NCBI GenBank assembly: GCA_036172245.1
Contig: JAYWIR010000012.1
Coordinates: 1,736,001 to 1,800,000 of the forward strand
Length of the DNA: 64,000 nt
Origin: Raillietiella orientalis
Taxonomy: Eukaryota
Direction of reading: 5' to 3'
Below the pieces are notes generated by a model. The model did no database searches, was not told where the DNA came from, and worked only from the letters and a program-made list of their open reading frames with translations. The position numbers and the translations under genes were made by a program. Of the stretch, positions 13,404 through 25,231 are shown in pieces; position 1 is the first letter of the stretch, and each line of letters starts with the position of its first letter.

Positions 13404-13436
13404 GCGGGTTCGAGTCCCGCCCGGGGAAGGACCGCC
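13404..13436 (+). other. tRNA 3'-half / B-box fragment 23 nt downstream of tRNA-Ala (mirror copy at 22127-22159, minus)
   Basis: Perfect T arm GCGGG-TTCGAGT-CCCGC followed by an acceptor-like CCGGGGA; no D or anticodon arm. Confidence 0.65.
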
Positions 13437-13743
13437 TCCGAGAACAGGGGATGCGTCGTGGTTTTCCAGTCCGTCCGCCAGTTGGTCTGCAGGCTTCGCG
13501 TGCGTCGGTTGACACCCGATCGCGTTGGGGCGTTTATTTATAAAATAAACACACACGTCTGTGGCAGAACGTTTGATCCTGCCACGTTACTTATGAATAC
13601 GGGAAGGAACCTGCTGGGATCTGGCACGCAGGCCAGCGGGGTTCGCCTCGGCAGCACAGGGAAAGGGGAGAGACAAACAAAAAGAAGAAAACACAACGAA
13701 AAATGTAGTCCAAAAAATGGGAGAATGGGAGTTCGGGAAGGGA

Positions 13744-14333
13744 TTACTGTGTGCTGGTGGGTGTCCTCTGCATCCTTGTAAGGATGCCGGCAAGTTCCTG
13801 TTTTATGGTTCCCAGATGGTGCCATCTCGATGCTGTCCTCATGAAGAGGACAGCAAAATAGATGGCGTCCCTGTCGTTCTGGCTTTCTCTGGCGTTGCTC
13901 CATGCGACCTCGATCCCGCGTAGGCAGCAAAGTGCTGCTAGGTAGGGAATGCGGCCTGCCGGCGAGGGGGCGTGGCGCAGGAAGAGGCGCTTAACAACGT
14001 CTCTGGCCTTGCCGCCGGAGGTTCCAAGGGTCGCGGCAAAGAGTCCTTAAAGGGATCGGAGGGCAACACAGTCCACTAGGAGATGCGGGAAGGATTCCCG
14101 CTCCCCGCACCTTGCACAGTTTGGGTTCACGCACACCCTGTGTCCAGAGATGCCGGCATGCGTTGCACAGGAGGCTCCAGTGCAGCAGCATCAATGCGGT
14201 CTCCTGCCACTCTACGATGAGGGTGCAGGTGTTCATGAGCGCCGGGGCCCACTGCAGGTCTTCCTCCGTAATACTCGTAATACAGTAGCACTCCCCAGCT
14301 CAAAGGTCCATGAGGTCGAGCAATCGGGGTCGC
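13744..14333 (-). pseudogene. Decayed copy of unassigned ORF family A (left-arm duplicate)
   Basis: Mirror of 21230-21819. Confidence 0.6.
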
Positions 14334-14759
14334 AGCGTCGGTGAGCTGATCCGTCGTTCACTCGCCCAGTCTTTTCCTCCTTCCGGAGATCTGCACAGTA
14401 ACCTTCCATCTAGCCGTAAAGCTGCTTCCGATGTGCTCCCTAAGGGAGGGTAGCGCATTGGTGGTAGTCGAAAACTGCCGGATGCCTTTGCTGACTAGCC
14501 GGCATGGAAGTGGACCCTCCGGGGTCTTTCCAGATCATCAAGGAGCCCTTCAGTGTTCCCTGCGGTTGTGAAAATGGAGCGTATCTTTCGGTCCATGGCC
14601 TTTTCCTCCCCTTCCTTCTTTTACTCCTACTTCCTCCTCTCTCCGCTTTCCTGCACCTCCTTCGTCTCCTTCTTCCCCAGAGCGAACCGTTCTTCAGCTG
14701 GGCGAGAGAACCGTTCCTCGCTTCATCAGACTTTCCCCCTTCCTCCTTGACTCATCCTC

Positions 14760-15160
14760 AGGCACCAGTGTGGCGGCTGTCCCGACCTCCCTCGATGGCT
14801 CCTGGGCCGCGTCTGCGAATCCAGGTCTGCACTGAAAGGCAACGGAAGCAGCCTCCGGCATCTGCCAGGGAAACCCTTCTCTTTCGCAGGAAGGCATCCC
14901 ACCGGGTGAGGGTGCGGCTCTCCAGCCGATGGGCCCGCATCGATCGGACCAGTGAACCTCCCAGAGTCCCACGGAGAGGCCCTCCGGCTCTTCGAAGCCT
15001 CCTGACCTCGTGCGCCGACTCAGTTTCCGTAGCCTTTTCTTAAGTGATGGGAACAGGAAAGGGGAAGAGAAGGGCGCGTGCACCTACACAAAGCTCCCCT
15101 CGAAGGCTGCGCCCCACCTGCCGGGAAGTGCCGGGAGCATGGCTCTGGGGAGGGCTCTCG
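14760..15160 (-). pseudogene. Diverged repeat, probable decayed family A copy
   Basis: Colinear nucleotide similarity to 17655-18020, including an identical 23-mer CGGGAGCATGGCTCTGGGGAGGG (15132-15154 / 17994-18016). Minus-strand peptides PLRGTLG and HRLESRTL versus PLRGILE and HRLENRAL, with synonymous differences. Confidence 0.55.
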
Positions 15161-17654
15161 GACCTCCCTCCCTCTGAAAGGAGGCTGCGGCTGCTTTCGG
15201 GAGCTGCTCCTATGGGAGCAAAGAGGGGAAGAGGTTGTAGGGCTTGGCGAAGGTCCCCCCTCCTCTTTTGGACAGGGAGGACACCCTCTTCCCAACAACG
15301 GCCACGGCGGGAAGAGCAGAGACGGCTGGCGCTCCCCTCCCGAGGGTTCATGTCCAAGGCCACCTCCAAGGGGCAACTTCGGAAACCGAGGGGTCCTTAC
15401 GTGGGAGGCGAGGGCTAGCGACCCTGCGACCGGGGAGCGAGCTGTTAGGCCACGCCCTGATTGACCTCGGGACGAGTGGGCAGCCAGTGGAGAGACAGGG
15501 CGTCCCGGAGCCTCAGGCTCTGTGGGGGAGAGGAAGGGCGACGTTTTTGGAGCCACGCGTGCTGAAGGAGCAACGGCCACCTTCTCAGGAAGGTGGATCG
15601 TCCGTGAGCCAGTGGCGAACGCAGGCCACAGCCAACAGCAAGGAGGGAGGGTCCTTCCATCCACCCCCTATCAGGGATCCAAACCGGAATAAAACCTGAG
15701 GTTCTCTCGGTACCCCAGGGGTCTCTGTGACCAGCTTTGCAGGACCCTCGGAAAGGCAGAACTCCCTCGCCGGCAAAAGCCTCCCGGCAACGGGCGTGAT
15801 GTCGCCATGGCAAGCGAGGAGTCCTCTTTCTAGAGGAAGGGGTGCGGAACCGCTCTTTTTTACCCTCTGGAGTCTTCTGGACCGAGTGGAGCAGCCAGGA
15901 GGGGGAGGAGGGAAGGGGAGAAGGAGGGGAGGATTTTCCGGGATGAGTTCGTCCCGGGCGTCTTTCCGTCCCCTCCTTTCTCTTCTATCGCTCCCTTCTC
16001 GGGGGCGGGGTTTTCGCCACTCGTCCCCTTCTCCCTCGCGAAGGGCGCTCCCCAGCTGCAGCTGCGATCGCCGAAGGCCATGAGGGTGGAAAGGGCTGCT
16101 CCTGGAGGACCCTTCCTCGCTAAGGAAGAAACTGCCACCTCGCTCCCCAAAATAGGGGCGAAGTTCCGTGGCCGCCTGAAGTTGTCTTTCATTCGCGGGT
16201 CCTCTCCTGTCCCTGCAGCCCTCTTGACTGCAGTGGGCAGTTCGCCACCCCAGGCCAGCAGGGGTCGCACAACAGCTCTCTCAAATTGGTGGACGTCGAG
16301 GACGATGTTTTTTTTGGCTTCGCCCCCCACAGCTCCCAAGATTGAGGCTGCCAATTCAACGAAGACTCCATAAGTCCCCACCCTCCTATCCAGAGCATTC
16401 CAACCGGAAGGGAGCCTGTTCGATCACGGACCTTCCCAGGAGGGATCCGTCACCTTGCACACGGGCAGTATCGCGGCCGCTGAACGAAAGGGAGGAGCGA
16501 TTATTGCTAGTTGAAAACTTTCACGAGGGATCCTTGGGGACGTTCCCCACTTACCGCCCCAGACCCACGGCCGAAGGCTGAGTTGTCTCTCCCGAAACCA
16601 CCACCTCCAGGTAGTGCAGAGGATCCAGCAGACAGACCAGTGTCCAGGAGTGAGGTGGGGCTTCAGGGTGAAGGGGGTCCACTGAAACGTTAGAATGGAG
16701 TCGAAATTCTCCTCCCTTCTTCCGGAGCCCTCGAGGACCGACTGATCTGTTCCTCGAGGAAGAACAGGATACCGTGCCGCGCCCCTTTCGCTCCCAGGAC
16801 TACATGATGCCCTCCGGCATCATATAGTTTTGCAGGCGAGGTTCAACCGACGGAGGGGTCATCGTTTTGGAAGAGCCGGTCCAGTGAGGAGACAAGCCCT
16901 TCCTGCCCCTCCCTTCTTTCCTTCTGGACGTAGGGAAAGAGGTGTGTGAAATTCCCTGGAGGGTTCCCGTTCTCTCCTCCTCCCTCCTCCCTATCTTTCC
17001 ATCTTGTCCATCTGGATAGCCAGAAGTGAGGATGCCTCCACATCCTTGGCGCTCCTTCCCTTCACCCTCTCCCGCCCTCACCAGATGCTCGGACGGACGC
17101 ACGGGAGCCGGGAGCGCAGAAAGGGCGCGCGTAGGGATTCGCCCGCTCTTCCGGTCCTCCCACACCCTGAGGGCTAGGATTCCCCGAACGTTCCAGGAAA
17201 ATCGAATGCGTGTCGTCTTCTTCCCCCTCACCTCCTTAGAGTTTTTCCCCTTCAATGCGGAAAGTGAAAGGAAGAAAGGAAGGAGAAGGAGGAAGAGGAG
17301 GAGTATGAGGAAAGGGAATCTAGCGACGAACGGAAGGGAGGAATGGAGGCGCTTGGAAACGCTGAGCGTTCCCCCAAGTCAGCTCCGAGAATGCACCCTA
17401 TGTGACTTCTTTACTACCCGAAATCGCCCGCCAGTGGCGGGCATTCTCTCCCTTTCCCGAGGCGCAGCAGCGAGTGGCGCAGGTCGCGAGAGATTCTCTT
17501 CCGCACCCTCCCGTCAGCACCTTGGCCTGTGTGCGCAGCCCGCGTGGAGCACCCTGGCGCGCCGCCACAGGAGGAAAAAGGTTTCTTGACCGTTGAGCCG
17601 CGGGAACCCGTCTTTTCCCTGCCGGTTTCTCTCCCGTCCCTCTCCCGCACTCTT

Positions 17655-18020
17655 GACCAGTGGGCAGTTATCCGCCCCAGGCCACCTGAGAGGGGCGCGC
17701 CGACTCCAAGCGGCCTGGCGGCTTCCCTTGCTCACCGGCGTTACCGGTGAGGGGGTGGAACGACGCTAACTGCGGCTGGACCTCCGGATGAGTGCACGAT
17801 TCTCCAGCCGGTGGATGCTTCGGTCGGGCCTGTGGACTTTCTAGGATCCCGCGGAGCGGCCTCCCACCCTCGAGCGCCATCTCGATCCTCGTATCCTTTT
17901 CTTAAATCACGTGAGGACAGGAAAGGAAAAGATGGGGTCTCCAGCACCCTCAAGGTCAGAGCTTTTCCCGATGGCTCATCCACCGGGGAGTGACGGGAGC
18001 ATGGCTCTGGGGAGGGTGGA
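17655..18020 (-). pseudogene. Diverged repeat, probable decayed family A copy
   Basis: Paralogue of 14760-15160. Minus strand GACCCCATCTTTTCCTTTCCTGTCCTC...ATCGAGATGGC...CTCCGCGGGATCCTA aligns with arm copy GACGCCATCTATTTTGCTGTCCTC...ATCGAGATGGC...CTTGCCGGCATCCTT. Stops and frameshifts present. Confidence 0.55.
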
Positions 18021-19859
18021 CCACTCCAAGAGGCCCGGTCGCTTCCCTTGCCTCAAGGTAGTCGAAGGGCATGATGCAACCTCGCGTGCTCTTCTGATGT
18101 CAGTAGCAAAGCAGGGAGAGCAAGGGGGAGGCAAACTCTGTTTTGCAGGTCAGGTGACGGGGAGATTGCGTGTAGAGGAGCAACACGGCAACTCCTTGAG
18201 GCAGGGCCAAGAAAGGGACCTCCGGAGGAAGGAATCATCTCGGAGTTCCCTTCTTTTTCTATCACCCCAACCTCCAGCACCAGCACCAGCAGAAAGATCG
18301 GAGTCTCGAGGAGCAGGGGCCAAAAGGATGAAGACCCGTGGTGACTGTGACTCGTAGGGTTCCCCAGGGCCGAAGAGAATTCCCGTTCCGGCTCTCGAGA
18401 CCACGCGCGGGGCAAATCCAGGAGGGGGAAGGGATAAGAGTAGGGATGGTTCCGGTGACAGGAAGATCGGGTCTCCTTGTGGCAGCTCTGGACCCAAGAA
18501 GGGCTTCCCATGCTAGATCTGCAGGCCAACTCCTGGATCCACGTTGACGAAGCCCGGCGAAGACAGCCCAATCCGCTCCGAAGCCCCGGCAATAGCGTTG
18601 GGAAGCGGCCGCGGCGTCCGAGGGAGGAACATCGCGTCTCGAGGAGATGACCGACAGAAGGCGCCACCGGGGACCCTTGCCCACGAGTCCGCCCTTCCGA
18701 CCGGCGGCGGCTCCATCTGGCTACGGCGACCCCTGCCCCGAAAGGGAGCGAGGCGATTCTGCGTGCGTGCGAAGGTCGAGGACGAATCTTTTCGGTTCGG
18801 GAATAGGAACCGCCGCGGGACCTGGGAGTATAGCGCGAACCATTGCCACGAGCCAGCTGCGAGGAGCGCCTTGCCGCTGGACTTCCGCCCCAGAACGAAG
18901 AAACTGGTCGCTTGCTCCCGGGACGCGTTCCCCCCGGGAAGAGAGCATCAAGGCGAAGGAGGGAGGGGGGAGTAAAAGGCGCTCGCCGAATTCAGGATCT
19001 CGCTCCTCCGAAACGCTCTCGAGCGTTCCCCATACTTGACTTGGAGAGCAGGGTTGACACCGCCTCCTGTGACCCACGAAGCGAGGCCGAAAGCCGAGCA
19101 TGCGGCGGCAGGAGGCAGCGCCGCGGCGACACAGGCCCCGGAGAGAAGAGGAATGGGATCCGAGGTTCCTGCGGTGCATGTGTGCCTCCCCTGCCCTCCC
19201 CGCTAATGGGCTGGAAACGGACGCACGTACGACCGCAACAGGAGACTGTCTCTGCCCGGGATCAACTCGGTTCCCTTCCCTCTTGTGCTCAGTGCAGACA
19301 GCCGCCCCCGATAGGACGGGCAGAGAGTCTCCGCGGGTCGCCGCGGGCAGCGACCTCCCCGTGTGTTGAGGACCAAGCGACGGCAGTGGGATGGCCACCC
19401 CGTGTGGGGAAAGAAAGGAAATCCGTCGAGGGGAACGCGCGCATGCGCACAGAGGCGGCGACGGCTTCGTAGGCTGGCAGCCCTGGAGGAAGGGAACTAC
19501 TGGATCCCTCCCAAGCTCGGGACACCGCAGTGCCTGGTTACAGGTAGCAGCTGGAACGTGGGCGAAGATCAATTCGGAGGGACCGCGCTGCCTGTGATGC
19601 TCCCGATGCGTTCGCTGCCCGCTGCGGGAGGTCCCAGCCGGAAGCCCCAGCTAGAGCATTCCCCCTTGCCGCAGCACTGCCCTCCCTAAGGGAGAGCGAA
19701 ATGAAAAATTGCCTGCGGGTGATGTGGGAAGTCAGCTGCGAAATAGGTTGCAGGAAGAAACCGCTTGGTGGATAGACAGCTGGGCGACCCATTGACCCCA
19801 AGTGCCGCACCGAAAGGACTGCTCCGCTGGGCAGAGATTCTCGGCATCTCCCCCTTCCT

Positions 19860-20340
19860 ATGAGAAACCCCAGTTTCCTGCGGTACTGATGGACAGCTCC
19901 ACTCTCCCTCTACAGTGGCAGGAGCCGGCAATGCTGATGTCTCACGAGGACCTCCCACGCTATACCCTCCAGGGAGAGTCTTGGGGAAAGGGAAACCCTC
20001 CCGCACCCGCCTGTTGACTGCGCTATCCTCCGGCTCCTTTGGGAACGTCCTCAGAGACGGACATCCTCAGATGGCGGACAGCCTCAGAGACGTTATAAGT
20101 GCTTCTTCCTGCGGGATGCCCTGTCGCCAGCCGCATCCTGCCTGCGCGGGATAGCGGGCGGCGGCCTGGAGCCCTCTTGCAAGAGGCCGGTACGACAGGG
20201 ACGCCATACACTCTCAGGAAATTGAGATGAGGTGGCTTCATCCGGGGACTGCACAGGTGGAACTTGAGGTCATCTTTCAGGGTATGCAAAGAACACTCCC
20301 CAATGGACTGGGGTCACTTTCTGATCCCCCCATCAATAGG
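19860..20340 (+). pseudogene. Decayed copy of unassigned ORF family A
   Basis: Frameshifted peptides QFPAVLMDSSTLPLQWQEPAMLMSH, VDCAILRLLW, LRGI..AWS, YDRDAI, MRWLHPGTAQVELEVIFQGMQRTLP are colinear with 21230-21819; identical 16-mer ACGACAGGGACGCCAT at 20192 and 21686. Confidence 0.65.
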
Positions 20341-20619
20341 TTTGTTTATTTTTTATATATGTATTTATTTTTAGATTGTTTTCCTTCCAGTAGCAACCTC
20401 ACGGGAAGGTCGTTACCATTGATCTGCGATGTTGGGAATCTTCTATGCTTTTCCCTGTTTCGTTGTTTTTCTTCCAGAGGTTTTTTTTGATTCTCAAAGA
20501 GTGCTGATAACGTTCGCCCACTTGGGGGGAGTGGGAGCTTACGAAGCTCTTTAGCACTGTTGACGTCACTCGAGGGTGCGTATGACTTTTCAAGTTCGAA
20601 GGTAATCCCGGGGGAACCA

Positions 20620-21110
20620 CCCCATGAATCCAGGAAGACTTCGGAGGAAGAAGCACGTTCCTCTTACGATTGGGAAGGAACCCTTTCCCTGGTTGTCTCC
20701 GAAGGAAACCCCGAAGGGATCCTCTTCCTTGTTCTTTCCGGAGGTACTTCCCAAACCGGCCTAATCCTCGTTTCTTCTCCGGAGAGGACCCAGAAGAATC
20801 CGTTCCTGGAATTTCTTCTCCAGAGGTCACCCTTAATGGAACCGAAACTTTTTTGTTTCCTCCTCTGAAGAGAACCCCGAAAGGACTCTTCCCAATTTCT
20901 GTGAAGGACGCTCCTCAAAGGGAGCGGCACAGTTCTTGACATTCTGGAGTGGTCAACCCCCCGAGGGGGTTTCAAAGATCCCCAAGGCATGCGATAGAAA
21001 GGAAAAACGCTGAAGGGCTCCTTGATGATCTGGAAGGACCCCGGAGGGTCCACTTCCATGCCGGCTAGTCAGCAAAGGCATCCGGCAGTTTTCGACTACC
21101 ACCAATGCGC
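20620..21110. repeat. Dispersed diverged repeat (family B), copy 1; straddles the inner end of the right arm
   Basis: Colinear with 48620-49050, e.g. TGAATCCAGGAAG, CGTTCCTCTTACG, TCCTCTGAAGAGA, TTCCCAATTTC, CCTTGATG..GAAGGA.CCCGGA.GGTC.ACTTC, GCATCCGG. Confidence 0.8.
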
Positions 21111-21229
21111 TACCCTCCCTTAGGGAGCACATCGGAAGCAGCTTTACGGCTAGATGGAAGGTTACTGTGCAGATCTCCGGAAGGAGGAAAAGACTGGGCG
21201 AGTGAACGACGGATCAGCTCACCGACGCT

Positions 21230-21819
21230 GCGACCCCGATTGCTCGACCTCATGGACCTTTGAGCTGGGGAGTGCTACTGTATTACGAGTATTACGGAGG
21301 AAGACCTGCAGTGGGCCCCGGCGCTCATGAACACCTGCACCCTCATCGTAGAGTGGCAGGAGACCGCATTGATGCTGCTGCACTGGAGCCTCCTGTGCAA
21401 CGCATGCCGGCATCTCTGGACACAGGGTGTGCGTGAACCCAAACTGTGCAAGGTGCGGGGAGCGGGAATCCTTCCCGCATCTCCTAGTGGACTGTGTTGC
21501 CCTCCGATCCCTTTAAGGACTCTTTGCCGCGACCCTTGGAACCTCCGGCGGCAAGGCCAGAGACGTTGTTAAGCGCCTCTTCCTGCGCCACGCCCCCTCG
21601 CCGGCAGGCCGCATTCCCTACCTAGCAGCACTTTGCTGCCTACGCGGGATCGAGGTCGCATGGAGCAACGCCAGAGAAAGCCAGAACGACAGGGACGCCA
21701 TCTATTTTGCTGTCCTCTTCATGAGGACAGCATCGAGATGGCACCATCTGGGAACCATAAAACAGGAACTTGCCGGCATCCTTACAAGGATGCAGAGGAC
21801 ACCCACCAGCACACAGTAA
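21230..21819 (+). pseudogene. Decayed copy of unassigned ORF family A (right arm)
   Basis: EEDLQWAPALMNTCTLIVEWQETALMLLH, then after a frameshift VDCVALRSL*GLFAATLGTSGGKARDVVKRLFLRHAP...LRGIEVAWSNARESQNDRDAIYFAVLFMRTASRWHHLGTIKQELAGILTRMQRT...*. Internal stop and frameshifts. Confidence 0.65.
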
Positions 21820-22182
21820 TCCCTTCCCGAACTCCCATTCTCCCATTTTTTGGACTACATTTTTCGTTGTGTTTTCTTCTTTTTGTTTGTCTCTCCCCTT
21901 TCCCTGTGCTGCCGAGGCGAACCCCGCTGGCCTGCGTGCCAGATCCCAGCAGGTTCCTTCCCGTATTCATAAGTAACGTGGCAGGATCAAACGTTCTGCC
22001 ACAGACGTGTGTGTTTATTTTATAAATAAACGCCCCAACGCGATCGGGTGTCAACCGACGCACGCGAAGCCTGCAGACCAACTGGCGGACGGACTGGAAA
22101 ACCACGACGCATCCCCTGTTCTCGGAGGCGGTCCTTCCCCGGGCGGGACTCGAACCCGCGATGCCCGCGAGCAAAATAACCA

Positions 22183-22255
22183 TGGAGGCGCCAGGCATCG
22201 ATCCTGGAACCTCTCGCATGCTAAGCGAGCGCTCTACCACCTGAGCTACGCCCCC
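22183..22255 (-). tRNA. tRNA-Ala-AGC: tRNA-Ala(AGC), identical copy in the right arm
   Basis: Exact reverse complement of 13308-13380. Confidence 0.97.
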
Positions 22256-25196
22256 TTGCACCTCGAATCGCCATGCCGCTTGTCATAACCCGCTGTGAAA
22301 GTCGACCGGGTGATGGCTGTGGACCTCCTTCGGGAGGCGAGGTGAAGAGGGACCTCGAGCAAAAGGCGGAATTCGAACGGGAAGGGGATCTCAGAAGACC
22401 TTTCCAGGGGCGAAGTTCGGTGCCCGCAGACTTCCCAGCATCCACCTTCCCCAGCTGTTTTGGCAATGCGATTGTTGTTTTTCTCCTGACTCCTTCCGTT
22501 TCTTCGAGCCAGAGAGTGTTCTGCTGATTCCCGTTACTTTGGAGATAGCACGCGCTATTCAGCAACCCGTGGTCTGACTGCCAAGATCCCCTCAGCATCC
22601 GGAAAGGTCGAAGGAAAACTCGCGCGCTCCCTGACGGTGCACGGAAACGGTTGCTAGGATGGGAGCACCAGAGGACGGAAAGGTCAAAAGGTCCGAGGGA
22701 GGAAACAGATCCGGAATGCTGAGGAGGAAGGGAAAGCGGGAAGAAAGGTGACCAAACGGGGAGCGACCGGGCCGGCAGGAAAGAGTAAGCGTCGGACATC
22801 GCCGGCGGCCGGAGCAACGAGGGGATGGGGAGGAGGATTGGCAGGGAAGCCCCTAGAAGGCTCGACTGCGCCAAAGGTAAGCGACTCCCCTACTCAAGCC
22901 TGCACATCTGACCCCGAAGTTCTCTCTCCGAGACACCCGTGAGACACCGCCGCAGGCGGGTCGGCTGCGCCCCGGTACTCCCAGACCACTGCGCCGGCCA
23001 TCCTGCCTCAAGGGAAGAATCGCTGGTGTTTTCTCAGGAGGGAGGTCGGAGTGAAGGGAGCCGACCTATGTGTTCAGGCAGGGAGAGGTCCGGAGTCGAG
23101 CGGAGATGGTGGCCTCTCAGTGAGCACAGGACCACATTCTTTGACCTTTCAGAGCCGTCACCATCCTTGATGTTTTTGCCCCGAGTTTTGTGGGGCTTTG
23201 GGCCGGGCGCCTCGGCTTCTCAGGAGCGGATGCTTCCCCTCGCCCACCCGTTCGGAAGGCGCCGCGTCGAAGAGATGGGAGGCGTCCTCGATCTGGGAGC
23301 GGTCCGGGAGCGGAGAGGAGAAGGAGGGAGTCCTTGAAGGAAGATCATCCTTCCTCTCCTCCACTGTGGCGCCTGAGGAAGCCAACAGTCCGGGCGGCGA
23401 AGCGCCAGACTCCAACGAGGCGATCCGGGAGGGAACCACCCATGCTCCCGCTGCGCCTTGGGAGCAATGGGGATCCCGCCGAAATTCGCCTCCTGCCTCT
23501 ACCGGACGATCCCTTCCCTCCCGTTCCTGAAACGCGTCGCAGGAAGGAACTCGGCCCTCCCGCGACTCCCCGCATCGTAGACCGAAAGGCGTGCCTTCTC
23601 TTTTTCACCCGGTACCTTTCATCCCCCCTTGAACTTGTGGGCCGGTGGGCCAGGGCACGCTCTGCGCCCCACGGCGTCCGCCGGCTTGCCCCCTTTCCCT
23701 CGGGACCGTGGCCTGGAGGTGACGCGCCGTGCGCGCTTTTGCCTGGGAAGACCGGGATCCCCGGATCGAATTGACGCCCATCGATTTGGCGCTTGCCCTT
23801 GCGCGTCGGAAGGGCGGGGCAGCTTGCAGGGAAAACTAAGCCAGAAGGGAAGACTCTCTGGCTGGCACCACGGACGACCCCGACTTGCCTGTGGGGCTGG
23901 AGCGGGGGCAGGCAACCGGGAGGAATCTCCAAGGATGGTCCGATGGCTAAGTTCATCGGGCAGGTCAAACGGGAGGCGGTGGTGATGGGATGCGAGGTGC
24001 GAAGCGGCAACTTCCCCTTCCCCTTCCTTTCTTGGGCCACGCTGTGGAGCCTCCTTGGAGGAGGGGCCACTCCGAGAAGAGTGACGTCACGCTGGGGATC
24101 ACGCTGGGCGACTTTTTCGGAGACAGGTGGAGGTTCATCCCCTGCCCGCTGCCCGCTGGTCTGTAGAAAAGAGGAGAAAGCGCATTAAGAGCCACCTGGA
24201 ACCGGCCTCCCTCGCTTTCCCGCGCAGGAAGGAAGGGCGTAGCTCTCTCCATCCACTCTCGTAGTCCGCCAGCGTGCTCCTTTGGTCGCGCAGCTGCGTG
24301 GCTGCTGCCACGTGGCTGTGCAGCACGGGAGAGGTGGAACGCCCTACGGAGACGCCTACTGCCGGCAGCGAATGCCCAGAGCCGCCCGTCAAGGTCGCGG
24401 ACTGACCGAGGGAAGCGCTTCCTCTTTCCCTCCTCAGCCATCCAGCCGTGGGGTCGGGAGACCGCCCTGCTCGAGACTCTGGAGCGGGCAGGAGGAGGGC
24501 GGGGCTGCGGGTAGCTGGTTCGGAGCTTCGAGACGTGTCTCATCCCGGTCGAGCGCTCGGGAGGTTGGGGGTAAAGGGGAGCAGGGAACCGAAGGAACCT
24601 CCGTCAATGCTTGTCGTAGTCCATGGCTGAGGACGTGGCTGCGAGCGATGCGCCATCCCTTCTTCCGGGGATGAAGAGACCGGTGCTCCTCCCTCCTTCT
24701 CCTCCTCCCCGTCTCCCTTCTCTGAGAGTGCGCGCCTCGAGTCCCGGATCCCGGATTTTCCCTCTCTGGCAATGCTGCAAAGAGCTACCGGGAGGCTCCC
24801 TCAGGTGCGAGAAGAGCTCTCCGGGAAGGAGGGAGGCTTCCGGGAAAAAGAAGCGGGCTGCGCTCTCCGATGTGCTGGCAGGAGTGGGACGCGGGGAGTG
24901 GGAATGGGTGGCGTGGAGCAAGGAAGAAAACAAGGAGTGCTGTGGGAAGAGTCCCGGGTCGAATTTCTCCGCTGTCCTCTTCCAGACTCCTGCCAGACGG
25001 GTGTCAAGCCAACCGTCTCTGTCATCTCTCCATGCCGGTGCAGCATCCGCAACTCCCGGCGTTCGATGAGATCCTGGAACCCGGCAGTCTCCGAATAGCC
25101 AGCCAAGCTTCGTCCCGTGACCTCCCCTCCTCCTCCATGGCCATCTCCTCAAGGGAGTTCGTGCAAATCGTTCTAGTTGAAAGAAGCAGGCTTTTT

Positions 25197-25201
<5 letters not shown>

Positions 25202-25228
<27 letters not shown>
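25202..25228. repeat. Poly(A) homopolymer, 27 nt
   Basis: Directly visible; the longest of many A/T runs in the window. Confidence 0.9.

Positions 25229-25231
<3 letters not shown>

Larger units (their letters stand above)
11739..14553 (+). repeat. Left arm of a 2815 bp near-perfect inverted repeat
   Basis: Position x pairs with 35563-x. The ORF track is mirrored (e.g. 11789..12373- equals 23190..23774+). Only two mismatches were noticed by eye (13280/22283 and 14527/21036). Confidence 0.97.
21010..23824 (-). repeat. Right arm of the 2815 bp inverted repeat
   Basis: Reverse complement of 11739-14553; spacer 14554-21009. No target-site duplication at the outer ends (left flank GGACCGCC, right flank TGCAGGGA). 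Confidence 0.97.

Noticed and set aside
13302..13781. 159 aa ORF MQGGVAQVVERSLSMREV (and mirror 21782..22261)
   Set aside because: Translation through the tRNA-Ala gene.
14436..19694. Recurring palindrome CTCCCTAAGGGAG (14436, 19682; variant near 48853)
   Set aside because: Too short to separate from chance or from the decayed repeat families.
11739..23824. Polinton/Maverick or classical TIR transposon
   Set aside because: No TSD, no characteristic termini, and no integrase, polymerase or transposase motifs recognised in the spacer.
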